A stretch of DNA of 64,000 nt from an uncultured virus (IMG/VR IMGVR_UViG_3300020051_001048) (taxonomy: Duplodnaviria > Heunggongvirae > Uroviricota > Caudoviricetes): the IMG/VR virus record IMGVR_UViG_3300020051_001048. One strand, written 5' to 3'. The notes under the pieces are model-generated. The model made no database searches, had not been told where the DNA came from, and was given only the letters and a program-made list of their open reading frames with translations. The translations under genes and the position numbers were made by a program. Positions 31,801 through 41,900 of this stretch are shown piece by piece; positions within the stretch are counted from its first letter, which is position 1, and every line of letters starts with the position of its first letter.

Positions 31801-34800
31801 TAACTAATCAGGTATATATAAATGGTGACGCTATAGACTCTGATGTAGATGTTGTTTGGATTAGTAACGCAGATCAAGTTCCATCTACTTTAGATATACA
31901 AGTATTAAAAGAATGGCTAGCTTTAGGTAGCAAGCGCCTTGTCGTGACTTATGATTCTAACAAAAGAAGAGCCGGTATTGCAGAGAGCATCATGTCTGGA
32001 TTGGGTCTTAACAGTAAGCCTTATCAGATCGCAGGAATAAATCCGGGCTATGCTGTTCAAATAACAGATTCGATTAGAGCTTCTAACGAGGCATCTATTC
32101 CATTCACTTCAGATTATGAGCCACAAATAGTTTCTAAAGATAATCCTATTATTAGCGGTTGCGATGCTGGATATAGTTACCCCAACTCTATTGGTTCATC
32201 AACCAAGGTTGATAAGCTAGCCATCATTCCTACCGGCGCATGTCCGCCTGAAGGGTATTGTACTCCTTACTCCTTACAAGAAGTAGATTATGACGAGATC
32301 GACTATACAGATACTTATAAGTATATACCAATTTCTGGCGGTGCTAATTCACAGTCGATTATAACAATTCCAGATAAGATATTTGAGAGATATGAGCAGT
32401 CGTCTGAGTACTGGCAGCTTATTGGTGATTCAAATGTTAGCTTCTCGGTTGAGGCTGGCTCTGGATATAGGATATTTATTGATTGGGTTTCTGAACATGA
32501 CTCAGAAAAATATGAAATATATACTGACTTTGGCGATGCTTCGTTTACCGCAGATCCAGAAGGATATGGTCAACCAGAGGAAGATGGTGTATTCGGAAAG
32601 ACGGTAAAGAATATTCCAAATCAATATGTCGCAGACATAAGAATACCTCAAGATATATCTGTATTAAATCTAAGTTTTAATACCTATGAAGGTAGAATTA
32701 ATCAAAGTGAGCTTGACGGTAATTCACCATTTACTCCGAGGATTTTGTCTATATCTGGATGTCTTCTACCTATAATTAAAACAGTTACAACTGCAACGAA
32801 GGAAGAATGTAAAAATGTATACTATCCACCTGTACCAGTTTATGATTGCTGGGAAACACCAGAATATACTATAACATATGACCCAGAGTTTAGACCTATT
32901 TCTACTTATCACGGCCAATATTGCGATCCTGATAATACTGGATGTTTGAACACTGATCCTAATATTGTTATTGAGGACGGCCCAGTTGTAGCTGCTGAAG
33001 AGCTAGAACACTTTACGAACTTTACTCAAGGCGCTAATAGGTCTAGAATTGTTCTTATGACTGATTCTTCTATGATTCAAGGTAAGAATCCTCACTTTAG
33101 GCAGGAAGGTGGTCCTAATGTGGAATTCATTAGAAGTTTGTATCCACCAACTCCATCGGAAGTTATTAATAGATCTGATGAGTTTCTTTCTTCAATTGAC
33201 GGTAGAAATTTTAGCTTTACACAGAAATTAAGATCGCCAGAATCTAGCAGTCCCGCTAAATACTTTGCTGTTAGCGGATTACCCGGACTTGTTGATAGAT
33301 TTGGCTACGCCGGTGTTGCTGGTAATCTAGATAATTACACAGACCAAGAGGATAAATTTAATCCAGCTGATGTATTTAGGAGATTTACACCCGTAACCAA
33401 AAGAGAAATAGACACAGAAATAGAACTGTTTGGAACTAATGTAGTAGGCGAGTACGGTATATTTACTAGATTTAGTGGTATATTCACACCTGTAAATTCT
33501 GACGATCCAGTTTATGTTGACGCTGGTTGGCAGGGCGGATTCTCAAGATTCCATAAAGAAAATGGCTACGACTACTTAGACTTTAGATCGAACGCTATGG
33601 ATTCTGGATTCTTGGGAGATATGTTTGGATGGTCTGTATCTCTAGATAATAACCAATTGCTTATTGGTACTCCATTTAACGCAACTATTGATAAAGATGT
33701 TGTATCTTGGTCTGGCATTAAAGACTTGGTTGACGCTGGATTCCCAGAGTCGGGATATTTGTTGAGTAACAACGGTGGACCCGGATCTGCTTTCTACTAC
33801 CAAAGAACTGGTAGGGGTATAAATGCTGTTAGCGAGTTTTTACCTTGGGAATTTGTTCAGAAAATTAAACCTGATGATTTATACGCTGGTTTAGATAACG
33901 CAACAGCTCAATATCTGACAGAGCAAAGAGGTTCTCATAACCTTCCAGACAGCTTCGTTGAAGAGTGGGCGGATAGAACCGACATGTTTGGTTTCTCTGT
34001 TAGTGTTGCTTCAGACTTCATGGCCGTTGGCGCTCCGGGTCATGATTTTGGAACCTTCCACGAAGAGGTGTTTAGCGGTGTCGTCACGGAAAATGGACTG
34101 AGTACAGCTTTTGTTAGAAAGAGTTTCACTGAAGATTTTGATGTTCCAAAGCATAATACATATGATTTAGCTAATTCTGGCATCAGGGTTGATCAGTTTG
34201 CTGACCAGAGTGGCAAGATGGTACTTAATAATGGCGCTATCTTTACCTTTAGAAACAATGTAACAAATTGGGGCGATAATACCAAAGAGTGGAAGTTCGC
34301 AGAAAAGCTAGTATCTCAGGGCTATAGCGACAGAAATGAAAACGAAGCAGCTACCAGTGGAACGGAAAATGACTCCCTTGGTTACTCTGTTTCTATCAAT
34401 AGAGCCTTTAGGGGTGACAGCGATTATGTTTTAGTCGGAGGTGCGCCATATCACAACTTTGCAACCAGTGGTAATCACATCACTGGCGAAAGTGGTAATG
34501 CGGGTGCTGCATATACTTGGGACGCAATGCTCCGAGAGCAAGCTGACGCAATTCCTCTTGAGGGCGGATATATTGACGCTCAGGTGTTTGGAACTAAGCC
34601 AGAAAAAGAACTTATGTTAAGAGACGTTGTATATCAGCCAACCACTGGACCTCAAGTGTCTTATGAAACTCAGGGTGTAGTTGTGGCAGATGTTAACGGA
34701 AATATATTCTTAGAAGTTTCTGGCTTTGATCCATCTACGCGAGGGTTTGTGGCGCATCGACCATATGTAGAATTTATTATAGGAGAACTCCTACCATCAG

Positions 34801-35156
34801 ATAGATATCAAGAAAGACTATTGATGAATATTGGAGGTAGAGGATATCGGGTAGATAACGCTTGGCCTGAGTTGGTTGGATCACTAGAATCTGGATACCC
34901 AACACCCGGCTATAATGCGCCATACCTTGGACCTAATTATCGACCTTCCGGTATGTCTCTCTATGTTTCAGGTCCAGATAACGATAACGTGTATAATAAT
35001 ATGAACTTATTATCATTTGGTACTTATGTTGACAGTGGGACTTTATCTATGTTTACGGCAGCCCCCAGTTCGTATATCTCGGACTCAATGTTGCTAACAA
35101 TGCCTTCGGCAACTCCATTAATAGATGAATTAAATTTAAGGGTGAGAGGAAAATAA
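22881..35156 (+). CDS. Giant virion adhesin-like protein (LamG-like region, FG-GAP beta-propeller, GIFT/GldG-like inserts)
   Basis: 4091 aa; seven [FYL]GxSx[SAD][VIL]...GxP blades; two alpha/beta units with IKSWLSLGDRTLVLVG / LKEWLALGSKRLVVTY. Confidence 0.75.
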   Translation: MAVIKLECSCQDDHLSRAADGAATLDADLTVIYKLSQMIMGEGSLKSPEEHLTRTPLYDILSVEGSGPYYNITLGGDIAVFNNESGEYQFVEIGNTGLIEHDGESYEYEVTNINDNILTIFYTGGTNGDADITTLCEVIDSEYEGYDGYDGYDVGTCYPQISFLYQNDNPFITYSYASETSITAIGDVQSNLSADLSLSHDYNVEGDIFDRIGKEIHQEQEFISDSEIDATLDKFIGDFTFFDCLSKLYPTGDVSISSFINSDTTTSNLYSYINEGVFAGDYRTTGYLLSDDVGGYIQPSAVDAEGRFSYKAYVNPPMVVPDDSRLRMRISAPYENQESWSINYLISGVKFRDPNGKLIVEYEPVEIKGDGHKDSDLHYTTLSLAPLVENYKLHPEWSAEYPSFELDDQYTVEFEIIAFDLGEVFDEGFTFGYQKNPDIEEEDIIGVMNSMRVSALEICMSGSVIVKQQPLNLKIFNEQRSHKIERCIKPSNFGVYNFDDGVYPTVSSIWSTSDGTPANLTSLASRALIESLNDNRGSTYAQLQSMGPLADSGKLILEFSHTSQDSYKEITPGAFSFGFDQNQTTGNMWFSPSGSFNTLNDSGISVVDNFFKPETVTLKILAKKQQNSRDYILDVVGYSDDCIINVTSPSTSFLQNSSGVFLSNPDTDVVTFYGDGGQTPVFSGYASVDDLGIASEAISDRDQYYETNENANHRLLSTYPVIDSTEYRWYEIPLQIYPDEVTLGKSKNYFTSSLFEKLYLDIFPLPSGASIGAVELCVRYSPNGGLSLITEGGEYIKAQDGRSFNSFYPISRQSSDNYLNAGSGYNSLSTINGIPQGYCSSDSLKTNYSRRWRGMKGLSYGPFNINEFGFSFSSPLLDTPLIDCFMNFETLDNYTFTSKDLGVVDPVESNFTSDGSLTAPEKYSNIGLRFSGGSMFDTILPGYSSSHITADWTALSNGGSNFTNNELYGQIFDGYENVVRFGIKDNLEFTNVDCSSGIVLYARFIPDANVTGQNFNFYDRSVIFSLKDTPSSTQVLEIGFTGGYLYAKADDDNGQIEIVTDTLQYDQYQYPLSVLVTYDDNHDRKIRLYTDNELSEGAFTNLRGTSNSINLPDTSNNLYFGYSKASLSGLPMLACELGFSEPFTGSGCNVVESVFDRNLKQITATEFFDNQRAKFFNPGEPVENDTYKLWDYVDENTYSDWSLGSFRYCPFNYEFASLGSTVGKRTGRDSINFSLNHHGSGYSQITDISLPSSINSSVSYHTQIENDFLRFNLSDTESNFRSIATRVSKSLPRGYSFKERALVVETVMEHNSVSNNIVWEDGNIGPKLIVSLYTPTKTPNCEDGCGDRSNYGLVNRHIHYLAPSSCMFKADSVFDYNSLCDETEEWSLFARERKLSEFDEEYISTDVDQMFVQYDLSYPSGSPFDSRIDIHSVHVRAEDAWVTPINNSGSLNLISSGNYARSERLNFFTFGIIGSDSGSMPLVMSDLFTDVSGSMPLYTFGAFVNNDSLPLAIDFIGSGNTSVDLVTLGDDITWEDLLPNETALKSVSLNIFGHLEAENDFPLSVFNAETNLEDQDSIPLSMFASNMARSGIRDFLTFNLLGADTESGNNDDVVMSIVPVTQDQATLFSTYLRRSMPLVIKTPDILERNADGWAVISNHDGGLKVPSLPLVIPYNETVSENFDSGNMTLSVYNLGEGTSFIKWNSENYGQDINLIDESGGIPSLPPEDEIRGVDLIGYGSCDGSSPRKAIDDPIVTDNFTWREEVCNEGGISRAVDTYTNTDIGYSGSYYGIRKYTDLIGNSAYNAVMRITTGSTNPIPVPRDWEYWNYGICGPDWYADGSGCCNEDCDQNINYSGNKMIADYPYLSGDQTITDPSGRLEGDRYGTSVSVKEDLMAIGSPYHDVRDEVGQLVNNAGSIFLYRRGEDVPGKKAPWTLEDQLTLPSGYIRDYPKQRNSILTYLNDDGTTFSISGQKWYIGQEGRQLGYSLDITKSGEREIVVAGAPGAEWSRTFPDIEVSGIPVFMMVFTDKFTYNSNDAKKIGATASKFDILYKYFSQPWVFNDGSFNPELDIQLLICQIYSSGEELKTPYIREPWLHHLYINNLQEPNVDKEDVFNYNYSGILNKFNSIFPYNDNIYSGIPPILGVFGDDTLSTTNGLAYQRYVDNFIDFYENYTFASGVEDLQTSLPATGFVNEIYSNSFEWDDASVELLNKTLATGYLQQNDVLKLITSGIGQEYAQKDAGEFQLPPESGGRAYIFEKEFGRFNFVQELISPDAEIFRDDQDENSDLRYDTELLPSDRYGHSVAISKNGEVISVGSPYSAEACQVYERDPSETERMYEGLSGWLDFRNLSSEKSRYDQLFVDSGFDVASQTVYSELSQSNKFLLRTDDSYWGFNNGIKPYKKIFKYHHSDIDYIGTWSFLPDEFAGTSRLGFSTSISDDGDIVAFGAPTDSFNEFDDINVWGEGEQSWASYVNAGAVRIFESRKYFDHNKAVEFYKFGNIDRSINEDNKELEGEYDKLADIFASGQNPVPFERTEFANIEIPKDAGLAFIITPHIDAASDEVIDNIKSWLSLGDRTLVLVGNDPEWQNNGAYKQSNELINKILKKLGSRMRITAARNNYESLPYAPSEEDFVNNKFNITRAHLPTNSREDDTVSSHETYIPQIEMFGQNVADIKIDLSDLGLEDLLIYGPCNEKNPICSLPIKHSGDIRAEWHSDCVSKIEFNTNWPFHFDNPNPAQGCDFYPEIVKPEIRREYEDIRPILTAAEYIEREPLVIPADSGCDFVGYEYTLSGQICTKIGNQFTSYKFASQQEDELSFGVSQQDDIEEYLTIDRNGAYFDPLSFDGRNSLIQGRGKTKGETVILSREIAPESPFVISETYFNLGVETTSDVVIMAGLQSETKWSLGKESGQEYRTGNSDQNIAFYNNLVITSCSSPSASKIVQLGGWTQRTSFKDAYEGSFLDNFFTEYGHELLTNQVYINGDAIDSDVDVVWISNADQVPSTLDIQVLKEWLALGSKRLVVTYDSNKRRAGIAESIMSGLGLNSKPYQIAGINPGYAVQITDSIRASNEASIPFTSDYEPQIVSKDNPIISGCDAGYSYPNSIGSSTKVDKLAIIPTGACPPEGYCTPYSLQEVDYDEIDYTDTYKYIPISGGANSQSIITIPDKIFERYEQSSEYWQLIGDSNVSFSVEAGSGYRIFIDWVSEHDSEKYEIYTDFGDASFTADPEGYGQPEEDGVFGKTVKNIPNQYVADIRIPQDISVLNLSFNTYEGRINQSELDGNSPFTPRILSISGCLLPIIKTVTTATKEECKNVYYPPVPVYDCWETPEYTITYDPEFRPISTYHGQYCDPDNTGCLNTDPNIVIEDGPVVAAEELEHFTNFTQGANRSRIVLMTDSSMIQGKNPHFRQEGGPNVEFIRSLYPPTPSEVINRSDEFLSSIDGRNFSFTQKLRSPESSSPAKYFAVSGLPGLVDRFGYAGVAGNLDNYTDQEDKFNPADVFRRFTPVTKREIDTEIELFGTNVVGEYGIFTRFSGIFTPVNSDDPVYVDAGWQGGFSRFHKENGYDYLDFRSNAMDSGFLGDMFGWSVSLDNNQLLIGTPFNATIDKDVVSWSGIKDLVDAGFPESGYLLSNNGGPGSAFYYQRTGRGINAVSEFLPWEFVQKIKPDDLYAGLDNATAQYLTEQRGSHNLPDSFVEEWADRTDMFGFSVSVASDFMAVGAPGHDFGTFHEEVFSGVVTENGLSTAFVRKSFTEDFDVPKHNTYDLANSGIRVDQFADQSGKMVLNNGAIFTFRNNVTNWGDNTKEWKFAEKLVSQGYSDRNENEAATSGTENDSLGYSVSINRAFRGDSDYVLVGGAPYHNFATSGNHITGESGNAGAAYTWDAMLREQADAIPLEGGYIDAQVFGTKPEKELMLRDVVYQPTTGPQVSYETQGVVVADVNGNIFLEVSGFDPSTRGFVAHRPYVEFIIGELLPSDRYQERLLMNIGGRGYRVDNAWPELVGSLESGYPTPGYNAPYLGPNYRPSGMSLYVSGPDNDNVYNNMNLLSFGTYVDSGTLSMFTAAPSSYISDSMLLTMPSATPLIDELNLRVRGK

Positions 35157-36976
35157 TGCCAGTTAGAGTAAGATATCAAAACGAAGAAGATTGTACGATT
35201 AGACCAACTCCGCTATGGTCTGTATCTACTAACGTTCTAAAAAACGGTGCCGGAGAAGCGTTTGGTGTTACCTATACAATCACGCTTAATGGTACTATTA
35301 TTTACAATGAAGGTACTCCGTATGCCTTCAAACCAGATGAAAGCCGTTACGATTTTTATGATGACGGGCGATTAACAGCCCCTAATGCAGTTGGTCCTTA
35401 TTTATCTTTTGATAATAATCAAAGTCATTTTAGAGAGGCTGAATACAATCGTCCGCCAAGACAAAAAATAAACTGCGATGATGCTCTTGGTGCCATTCTT
35501 TCTAAGCAGCAGTCCTTGAGGGCGCTTTTTGCAAAAGATGGACAAAGGCTTGAATTAACAGATTGGGATGATGACGAACCTTCTATCATATGTTACCCAA
35601 GAGTTACTAGCGTTTCTTTTCAAGAAGGTATTTATGTAAATACAGCTGCGTATACCATAACCTTGGAAGCAGACACATTACTAAATAAGGACATTGAAGT
35701 AAATGAAGAAGGAACATTAGTAGCGCCAGCACTCCCAGACGATTGGAGAGAGGGGCTTCAAGATAAAACAGAAAAGCAACTACTAGAACAACTTAATGCT
35801 GCATTTATATCAGATTTTTCTGAAAGTTGGAGTATAGAGGTTGACGATTCTATGGGCGAATCTCCCGAACAACCATTTGCTTATAGGATTTCTAGAAATT
35901 TAAGTGCTACTGGTAAAACTCATTATGGACCAAAAGATAATGATGACTCTGAAGTTATAAAACACGAAGCTTGGGAGCAGGCTAGGAAATTTATAAAATA
36001 CAGAACAGAAGAGTCTTCTCAGGGTGACGAGGTTCATGTAGAGGGGTATTACCCTAATGTCCGAGAATTGTCTAGTGTATTAGGATATATTGGAAGTGGT
36101 AGTTTAAATCTAGCTCAAGAATATAAGGGCTATAACCATATAAGATCTGAAAATGTAGAACAGACTAATGGTATTTATAGTCTTTCAGATACATGGATTA
36201 TTTCTAGATCAAAAGTATTTGAAAATTTTACGACTTCTGTAAATAGTTCTATCAGCGCGCCTTTCATAACGGTAGCAATCGAGGGAACCATCAAGGGTCT
36301 ATCAGAAATACCCGTCAGTGGATATCCAATAAATAGAGAAGGCTTCACTCCAGACATCTCTCCAACAGGTATCTTTGCGGAAAAAACGCCATATGCTAAC
36401 GCAACGGATAAATATTACCAACTAACTAATAGTGGTCAATTTGGCCTAAGTTCAGATTTATTTAAACGTGCAGATAATTTAGTAGCGGTTCAATTAAATT
36501 CTCAGCCAACTTCAGTATCCGTAGGAAGCAATAAATATACGGGTGAAATTAATTATAATCTTGAGTTTGATAATAGGCCGACTAATATTATTAGTGGTGT
36601 TATTTCTGAGAATATACAAATATCTGATACATATCCGGGAGATGTATTTGCTGTCATTCCGGTGATAGGTAGACCAACGGGGCCAGTTTTACAATACATA
36701 GGCGGTAGAACAGAATACACAAGAGATTTTAACCTAGACTTGGTATTAGATTATACAAAAATACCTTATGAGTCTGGAAGGAATCCGATGCTTCTTAAAA
36801 AACCGAGCGTTGTTAAGCCGACATGCGATCAAATAGCAACCTTGATTAATGAAGTTAGCCCACAAGGAGAGCCGGGAGTTAGGAAATATTTTTTAAATCC
36901 ACCAAGAGAAAGTTGGTCTCCAAAAGAAGGGGCGTATAGCCTTTCTATGTCATGGGTTTATGAATTAGATAAATAG
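35156..36976 (+). CDS. Putative distal-tail/baseplate protein
   Basis: 606 aa; repeated YTITL.G / ESWS / V.IEGTI.GL beta modules; TAATG overlap; synteny. Confidence 0.55.
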   Translation: MPVRVRYQNEEDCTIRPTPLWSVSTNVLKNGAGEAFGVTYTITLNGTIIYNEGTPYAFKPDESRYDFYDDGRLTAPNAVGPYLSFDNNQSHFREAEYNRPPRQKINCDDALGAILSKQQSLRALFAKDGQRLELTDWDDDEPSIICYPRVTSVSFQEGIYVNTAAYTITLEADTLLNKDIEVNEEGTLVAPALPDDWREGLQDKTEKQLLEQLNAAFISDFSESWSIEVDDSMGESPEQPFAYRISRNLSATGKTHYGPKDNDDSEVIKHEAWEQARKFIKYRTEESSQGDEVHVEGYYPNVRELSSVLGYIGSGSLNLAQEYKGYNHIRSENVEQTNGIYSLSDTWIISRSKVFENFTTSVNSSISAPFITVAIEGTIKGLSEIPVSGYPINREGFTPDISPTGIFAEKTPYANATDKYYQLTNSGQFGLSSDLFKRADNLVAVQLNSQPTSVSVGSNKYTGEINYNLEFDNRPTNIISGVISENIQISDTYPGDVFAVIPVIGRPTGPVLQYIGGRTEYTRDFNLDLVLDYTKIPYESGRNPMLLKKPSVVKPTCDQIATLINEVSPQGEPGVRKYFLNPPRESWSPKEGAYSLSMSWVYELDK

Positions 36977-36984
36977 GAAAAAAG

Positions 36985-37380
36985 ATGACTGACGATAATT
37001 TTAAACAAAAAGAATATAAAAATCCGCCTGAAGACCCACTATACAAAGCGCCTCTTTTATCAGAAGAAAAGAAGATAGAAGTATCTGGGGTGCTTATTCC
37101 GTCTGGTGAATCTAACTTTTTTGACTTTGCTCAACATCAAAATTCGGTTGAAGCAAGCGGTCGCGGTATTAATGCTAAATACCCTCACTACCAACCGGAA
37201 AAAAGTGGAGAGCAAATTATAAACACATATCCACCAGATATTTTAGGTGATATTGAAAAGATATTAGATGCAGATAGGTTAAATGTTCCGTTTTCTATAT
37301 CAATAGAAGAAAGTCCTAATTCAACTAAATCTCAACTTACATTCAATGATTATATTCACTATGTGAACAGGGAAGATTAA
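36985..37380 (+). CDS. Hypothetical protein
   Basis: AGGA RBS; 131 aa; tightly packed. Confidence 0.65.
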   Translation: MTDDNFKQKEYKNPPEDPLYKAPLLSEEKKIEVSGVLIPSGESNFFDFAQHQNSVEASGRGINAKYPHYQPEKSGEQIINTYPPDILGDIEKILDADRLNVPFSISIEESPNSTKSQLTFNDYIHYVNRED

Positions 37381-37381
37381 G

Positions 37382-38932
37382 ATGGCTGAAGATTTTAAAA
37401 TATTCGAGAATCCAGACGAACCTAAAAAGCCGAAAAGAAGCGCTTACATTATATCAAAGCGTGTTTTTGACGCGCAGTTAAACAGGTTTGTTTCGACTTC
37501 TGAACATACAGTCGGAAAGAATAAATACGATCAAGATTATCCATACCCAGAAGCGTCCAATATTTCAGTGTCAACTGGCGCAACTTCTTCGGACTCTAAT
37601 GAGTACGGCCTTTGTCACACTGGGCCGTTTACATTTTATGGTGAAAATTTTATTGGAATGTTCGATTCTTATTCCTGCAAAAAAGCAGACTGTGAAGGAG
37701 TATTTCTTCCTTGCTCAGATCCAAACCAAGGTACAGACTTGAAGTATCAGCCAACCGGAGTGCAAGAAGAAAGAGCTACGCGAAAAATGGACCTATATGT
37801 AATTGGTTCTGATACTGTTTACATAGATGTTCAACTGATAGATAATAAAACGTGCGAATATAAACAAAGTTTTCAGCTTTTTGAGCAATATCAGGTAGAC
37901 CCAAAAGTTTCCGCTAATAAGCCAATTAGGATTGTTGGTGGAAGCGGTTTAAAAAATGTTTCTTATAATGAGAGTGAAGGATATCAGGCTTGGGTTCCAA
38001 ATGAGGAAACTGGTATACCTGAACAGATACCTTGGGTTGACGTTTCTGGCAAATTAATAGAAGACAGAGTTAACTCACAAATCGCTTCGGTGTTTAGAAA
38101 CAATCCTGATATAGATATATACACTATAGACCCAACAGCTTACCCACCTGAGAAAATAAATATTGGTTATGTCGAATTTACAGAGCCTGTGTTTGATTAT
38201 ATGGATTCGGAAAGTCACCCAGCAACAGCTAATTGTGAAGTACCTTTTCTTCAGCCAGTTAATAAGAACTCGATGGAAAGAGACGGCTCTCGGGGTTCAA
38301 TATGTAGTTTTGAGCAGGCTATGATTTACAATCAATGTTCTAAAAATTATGTGGTTATAGAAGATTTAACTATCCCTGACGGGGATACACCAAGGAGTGG
38401 TGGTCCAGCAATCGACGATTTAACTATAACTGAAACGTTTTTCGGGGAACTTCACGATAAGAATGGTAATGCTTATGGATTTGCCACGGTGTCAGAAGGT
38501 ATCGGAGAAGAAGACGGAACGCCAGTGGATGGTATATTTGGTTTAAACTGGGCTTGGGATGACGAACAGGAAAAGTGGGTGAGGGGCGACCTTTCGATGC
38601 CAATTATAGACGATCCTAAAAAACCTTGGGAGGGACAGGGCGGTTACTTTATGGGACTAGGTACTTATGCAGCACTAAAGAAAACTTGGGCCGAAGGATT
38701 TTTAAAGAACGGTACAACGAAAGTGCAATTGTTACCCGGAGTTTTTGCTGGCGCATCAAGAACCCAAACATTTGAACGTAATGCTAAAAAAATAATTAAC
38801 GGGGGCGGAATTGACGCAACTTTTCGTTCACCCGCAGAATTAAGAGAAAGATTGCGAGACGCAAACAATTCACTAGAATCTTTTTGTGGTTGTGACTGCG
38901 ATAAATTACAAGCCATCAAGGAGTTAAATTAA
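37382..38932 (+). CDS. Hypothetical Cys-containing virion protein
   Basis: 516-aa ORF within the operon; no recognisable motif. Confidence 0.65.
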   Translation: MAEDFKIFENPDEPKKPKRSAYIISKRVFDAQLNRFVSTSEHTVGKNKYDQDYPYPEASNISVSTGATSSDSNEYGLCHTGPFTFYGENFIGMFDSYSCKKADCEGVFLPCSDPNQGTDLKYQPTGVQEERATRKMDLYVIGSDTVYIDVQLIDNKTCEYKQSFQLFEQYQVDPKVSANKPIRIVGGSGLKNVSYNESEGYQAWVPNEETGIPEQIPWVDVSGKLIEDRVNSQIASVFRNNPDIDIYTIDPTAYPPEKINIGYVEFTEPVFDYMDSESHPATANCEVPFLQPVNKNSMERDGSRGSICSFEQAMIYNQCSKNYVVIEDLTIPDGDTPRSGGPAIDDLTITETFFGELHDKNGNAYGFATVSEGIGEEDGTPVDGIFGLNWAWDDEQEKWVRGDLSMPIIDDPKKPWEGQGGYFMGLGTYAALKKTWAEGFLKNGTTKVQLLPGVFAGASRTQTFERNAKKIINGGGIDATFRSPAELRERLRDANNSLESFCGCDCDKLQAIKELN

Positions 38933-41900
38933 TGGAAGACTATAAATCATTAATACCGTCAAGTGGTGATTTAGGAACACATTGGCCCGGATCATTTAAT
39001 ATAACTCAAGGTAAAGAGGGTAAGACTTCTTTTGCCGACTGGACTAATGGTAACGAGGGGTTTGTTCAGCAGACCTTTTTAGGTGCTTCTATTAGAAATT
39101 TTAATATTAATATCGGTTTTGGTGACACTAGCTCTACGTTATCAGTCTCTCTAGTGTCGGATGAGTATAATAAATCTGATAAAAAACCATTGGGAGAGGG
39201 TGACGATGTATATCACAATGGAGAATATGATAATTTCATTCCGCCTCCGGTCGGTTCACCTGTATTCTTTAAGTTTGGCAAAAACTTAGCATCCGTAAAA
39301 GAATCTTGGCTAAGATATTTAGATATACTATATCCTCAGTATATTGGAGAAAAGGGCTACCATCCAGCAGTAAGACCAAAATTTAAAGAATTTCTTACTT
39401 CTGGTACTTTTGATTCTACTCCCGGACCACATTATATTTTAATAAAAGAAGATCAAGACGGAGTAAGAACTTGGGAAGATAGAGAAAAGCTCGTAGATAT
39501 TGATTTATTAAAAAAAGGCGAGAATAGAGGTTACGATCATATATTATTTGGAGGAATTTTACAAAACTACACTGAAAATAAAAGTCAGAACGGTAATCCG
39601 CTTTTTGACGTTCAAGTTGTAGACCCTAGAGAAATACTTTCTAATGTTCAATTGATACTAGGTAATTACGCAGATACAACTTTTGATAATCAAAACATGA
39701 TTAATGTTTTTGGCTTCTTAGAATATGACCCATCTGACAAACTAAAAACAGCTCTAGAAAATGACTGCTATGATAAATGGATTTTTCAGAAAAGAGTAAT
39801 GGTTACTGGAGAAGATATTGGGAAAGTTAAATATGTAGGTAGAAGTGAATATACTAAAGAGGAGCGTGTCGCTTCTACATCTAAGGCTTCCGATGCTTTA
39901 TTAGACATATATGAATTTAAAGATTTTTTACCGGGTGTCACTTTTGGTAGCGCTATTTCTATTTTAGAAGGTGATGTTCTTCCAGATCCAATGCCTAGAT
40001 ACTTTCCAATAACCGGAGAGGGTTTTGCTAGAAGAAGCGACCTCGGCATACCTTGGTTTAGAGTTTCTCAGGCGTTAGCTGCTATGTGGGAAGAATATGG
40101 TCAGCTACCCAAAGAGTACAAAGACGCTGGCTTTGGCGGTGAGATAGATTTTAGAGGGTTTAATTATATTGTAGATTTTAGTGGCTTCCCGGTAGATAAG
40201 ATTCCAGATCTTTATTTCTTAGATTTTGAACAAATAGATCTTTTATCGCTATGTCAAGAGATGTGCGATATTATTAGTCACGACTTAGTTGTTTCATTAC
40301 AGCCAGTGGTTGAGCATCCAGCATTTAAGTTCTTGTATGGTAGAAATAAATATTATATAGAGCAAGGTTTGTACGAGAAAATAGTTCACGGCGTTATAAG
40401 GGTAGAAGCTATCGACAGGTCTAAACAACCTTCATATGGCGCCATTCAAAAATATCTTGATGAGTTATCTGCTAGAAATATTTACGTAGAAAATCAAGAC
40501 GTTGGATTTGAATTATCTAACGTCGTTACCGATAAATTAGTAGCTGGCGCACAAGAAGTGAACATGTATTTCTTTTCATCTCAATGCGATAGAGATGTTT
40601 TGGAATATAGAAAGAAATTATACAACGTTAAAGACGAAAGACATCAAGACGTTGTAGATAATCAATGGAGCCTTGAGGCTTCTTTGAAGCAGCAGATCTT
40701 GCCTTTTTATGGGTTTATTGGCGATAATGCTGTGACTATACCTAGAGGTTTTGGTTCTTATCAGCAAGTTATGTTAGACACCTCCAACTTAGACGCTATA
40801 GGAGTCGGCAACTACTACGTAGCTACTGAAATGGAAATGAGGGCGGCTCTTGTTTCTTACGAAAAATGGAAAAATTTTCTTTTAGATTACAATGACCTAT
40901 ACATAGAAGAGCTAACAGAAGGTAAAGCCTTTTACGATAACTTGGCCGCCACCACAGATGCGCAAATAGATGGGTTTACAAATCTACCAGAAAGCTTTGG
41001 TCTTGGGGATTTAACAAATAGACAATTTGGTGTTTCTGTACCAAGGTGCGTATTTAATTCAGATCGCGGTCAAAGTTTTGGGATGACGGTAGATCCAGAA
41101 AATTTTTATCCAGAAGACTTGACTTATTTAGATTCTAAACCGAGTACCAGTTTAGCTATAGACTCTGAGTACAATCTACCAAGAAGCCCTTGCTCTCCAC
41201 CTTACGGTTATCCTTTATATTATAAAAGGGCAGAAAGAATTGGCATCCCCGAAGCTGGTATTATTAGACTAGGAAATATTAAAAATAATATTCTTACTAA
41301 AATTCAGGATTATAGAGATAAATTAGCTAAAGATAGTGACGCTGTTTTAAATGTGGACAAACAGGAGGCAGATCCGAATAGGAACCAGCCAACCGGTTCT
41401 GATAACACCTCTCAACCAGCGGGCAATCAGCCACATTCTGCCGCAGTTACTAACGTTGAATTAAATGAAGATACAACATTATTAAACGATCAATTAAACT
41501 GCGCCCAAAAACGGATGAAAGAAATTCAAGACGATTGGAGTGAGGTTGTAAAAAACACCGGTCCAGATGAAATTGTTCGAGAGTTAGCTAGAATAGAAAG
41601 CTTTTTAGAAAGAAATGAAAAGTTAATGAGGAACATTAGCAAGAACTCAAGAAAAGCAGAAAAGAACGCCAAGAAAGTTTATGAATTTATTAAGTCTGTT
41701 GCAGAAGAAAACTTAGGAAAGAAGTTCTTAGTTAAAATACCAAAATATACTAATAATAACTTCTCTACCTTCTCCTCTATAAATGCTAATATCGAACTGG
41801 TTCCAGCTTTAGATGCTGAAGGAAATGAGATACCGGGAGTATTGGTTGACGGAGGTGACGTTGGAGAGAAAATACTAGAAACCATTGGTAGTCCCTTCGG

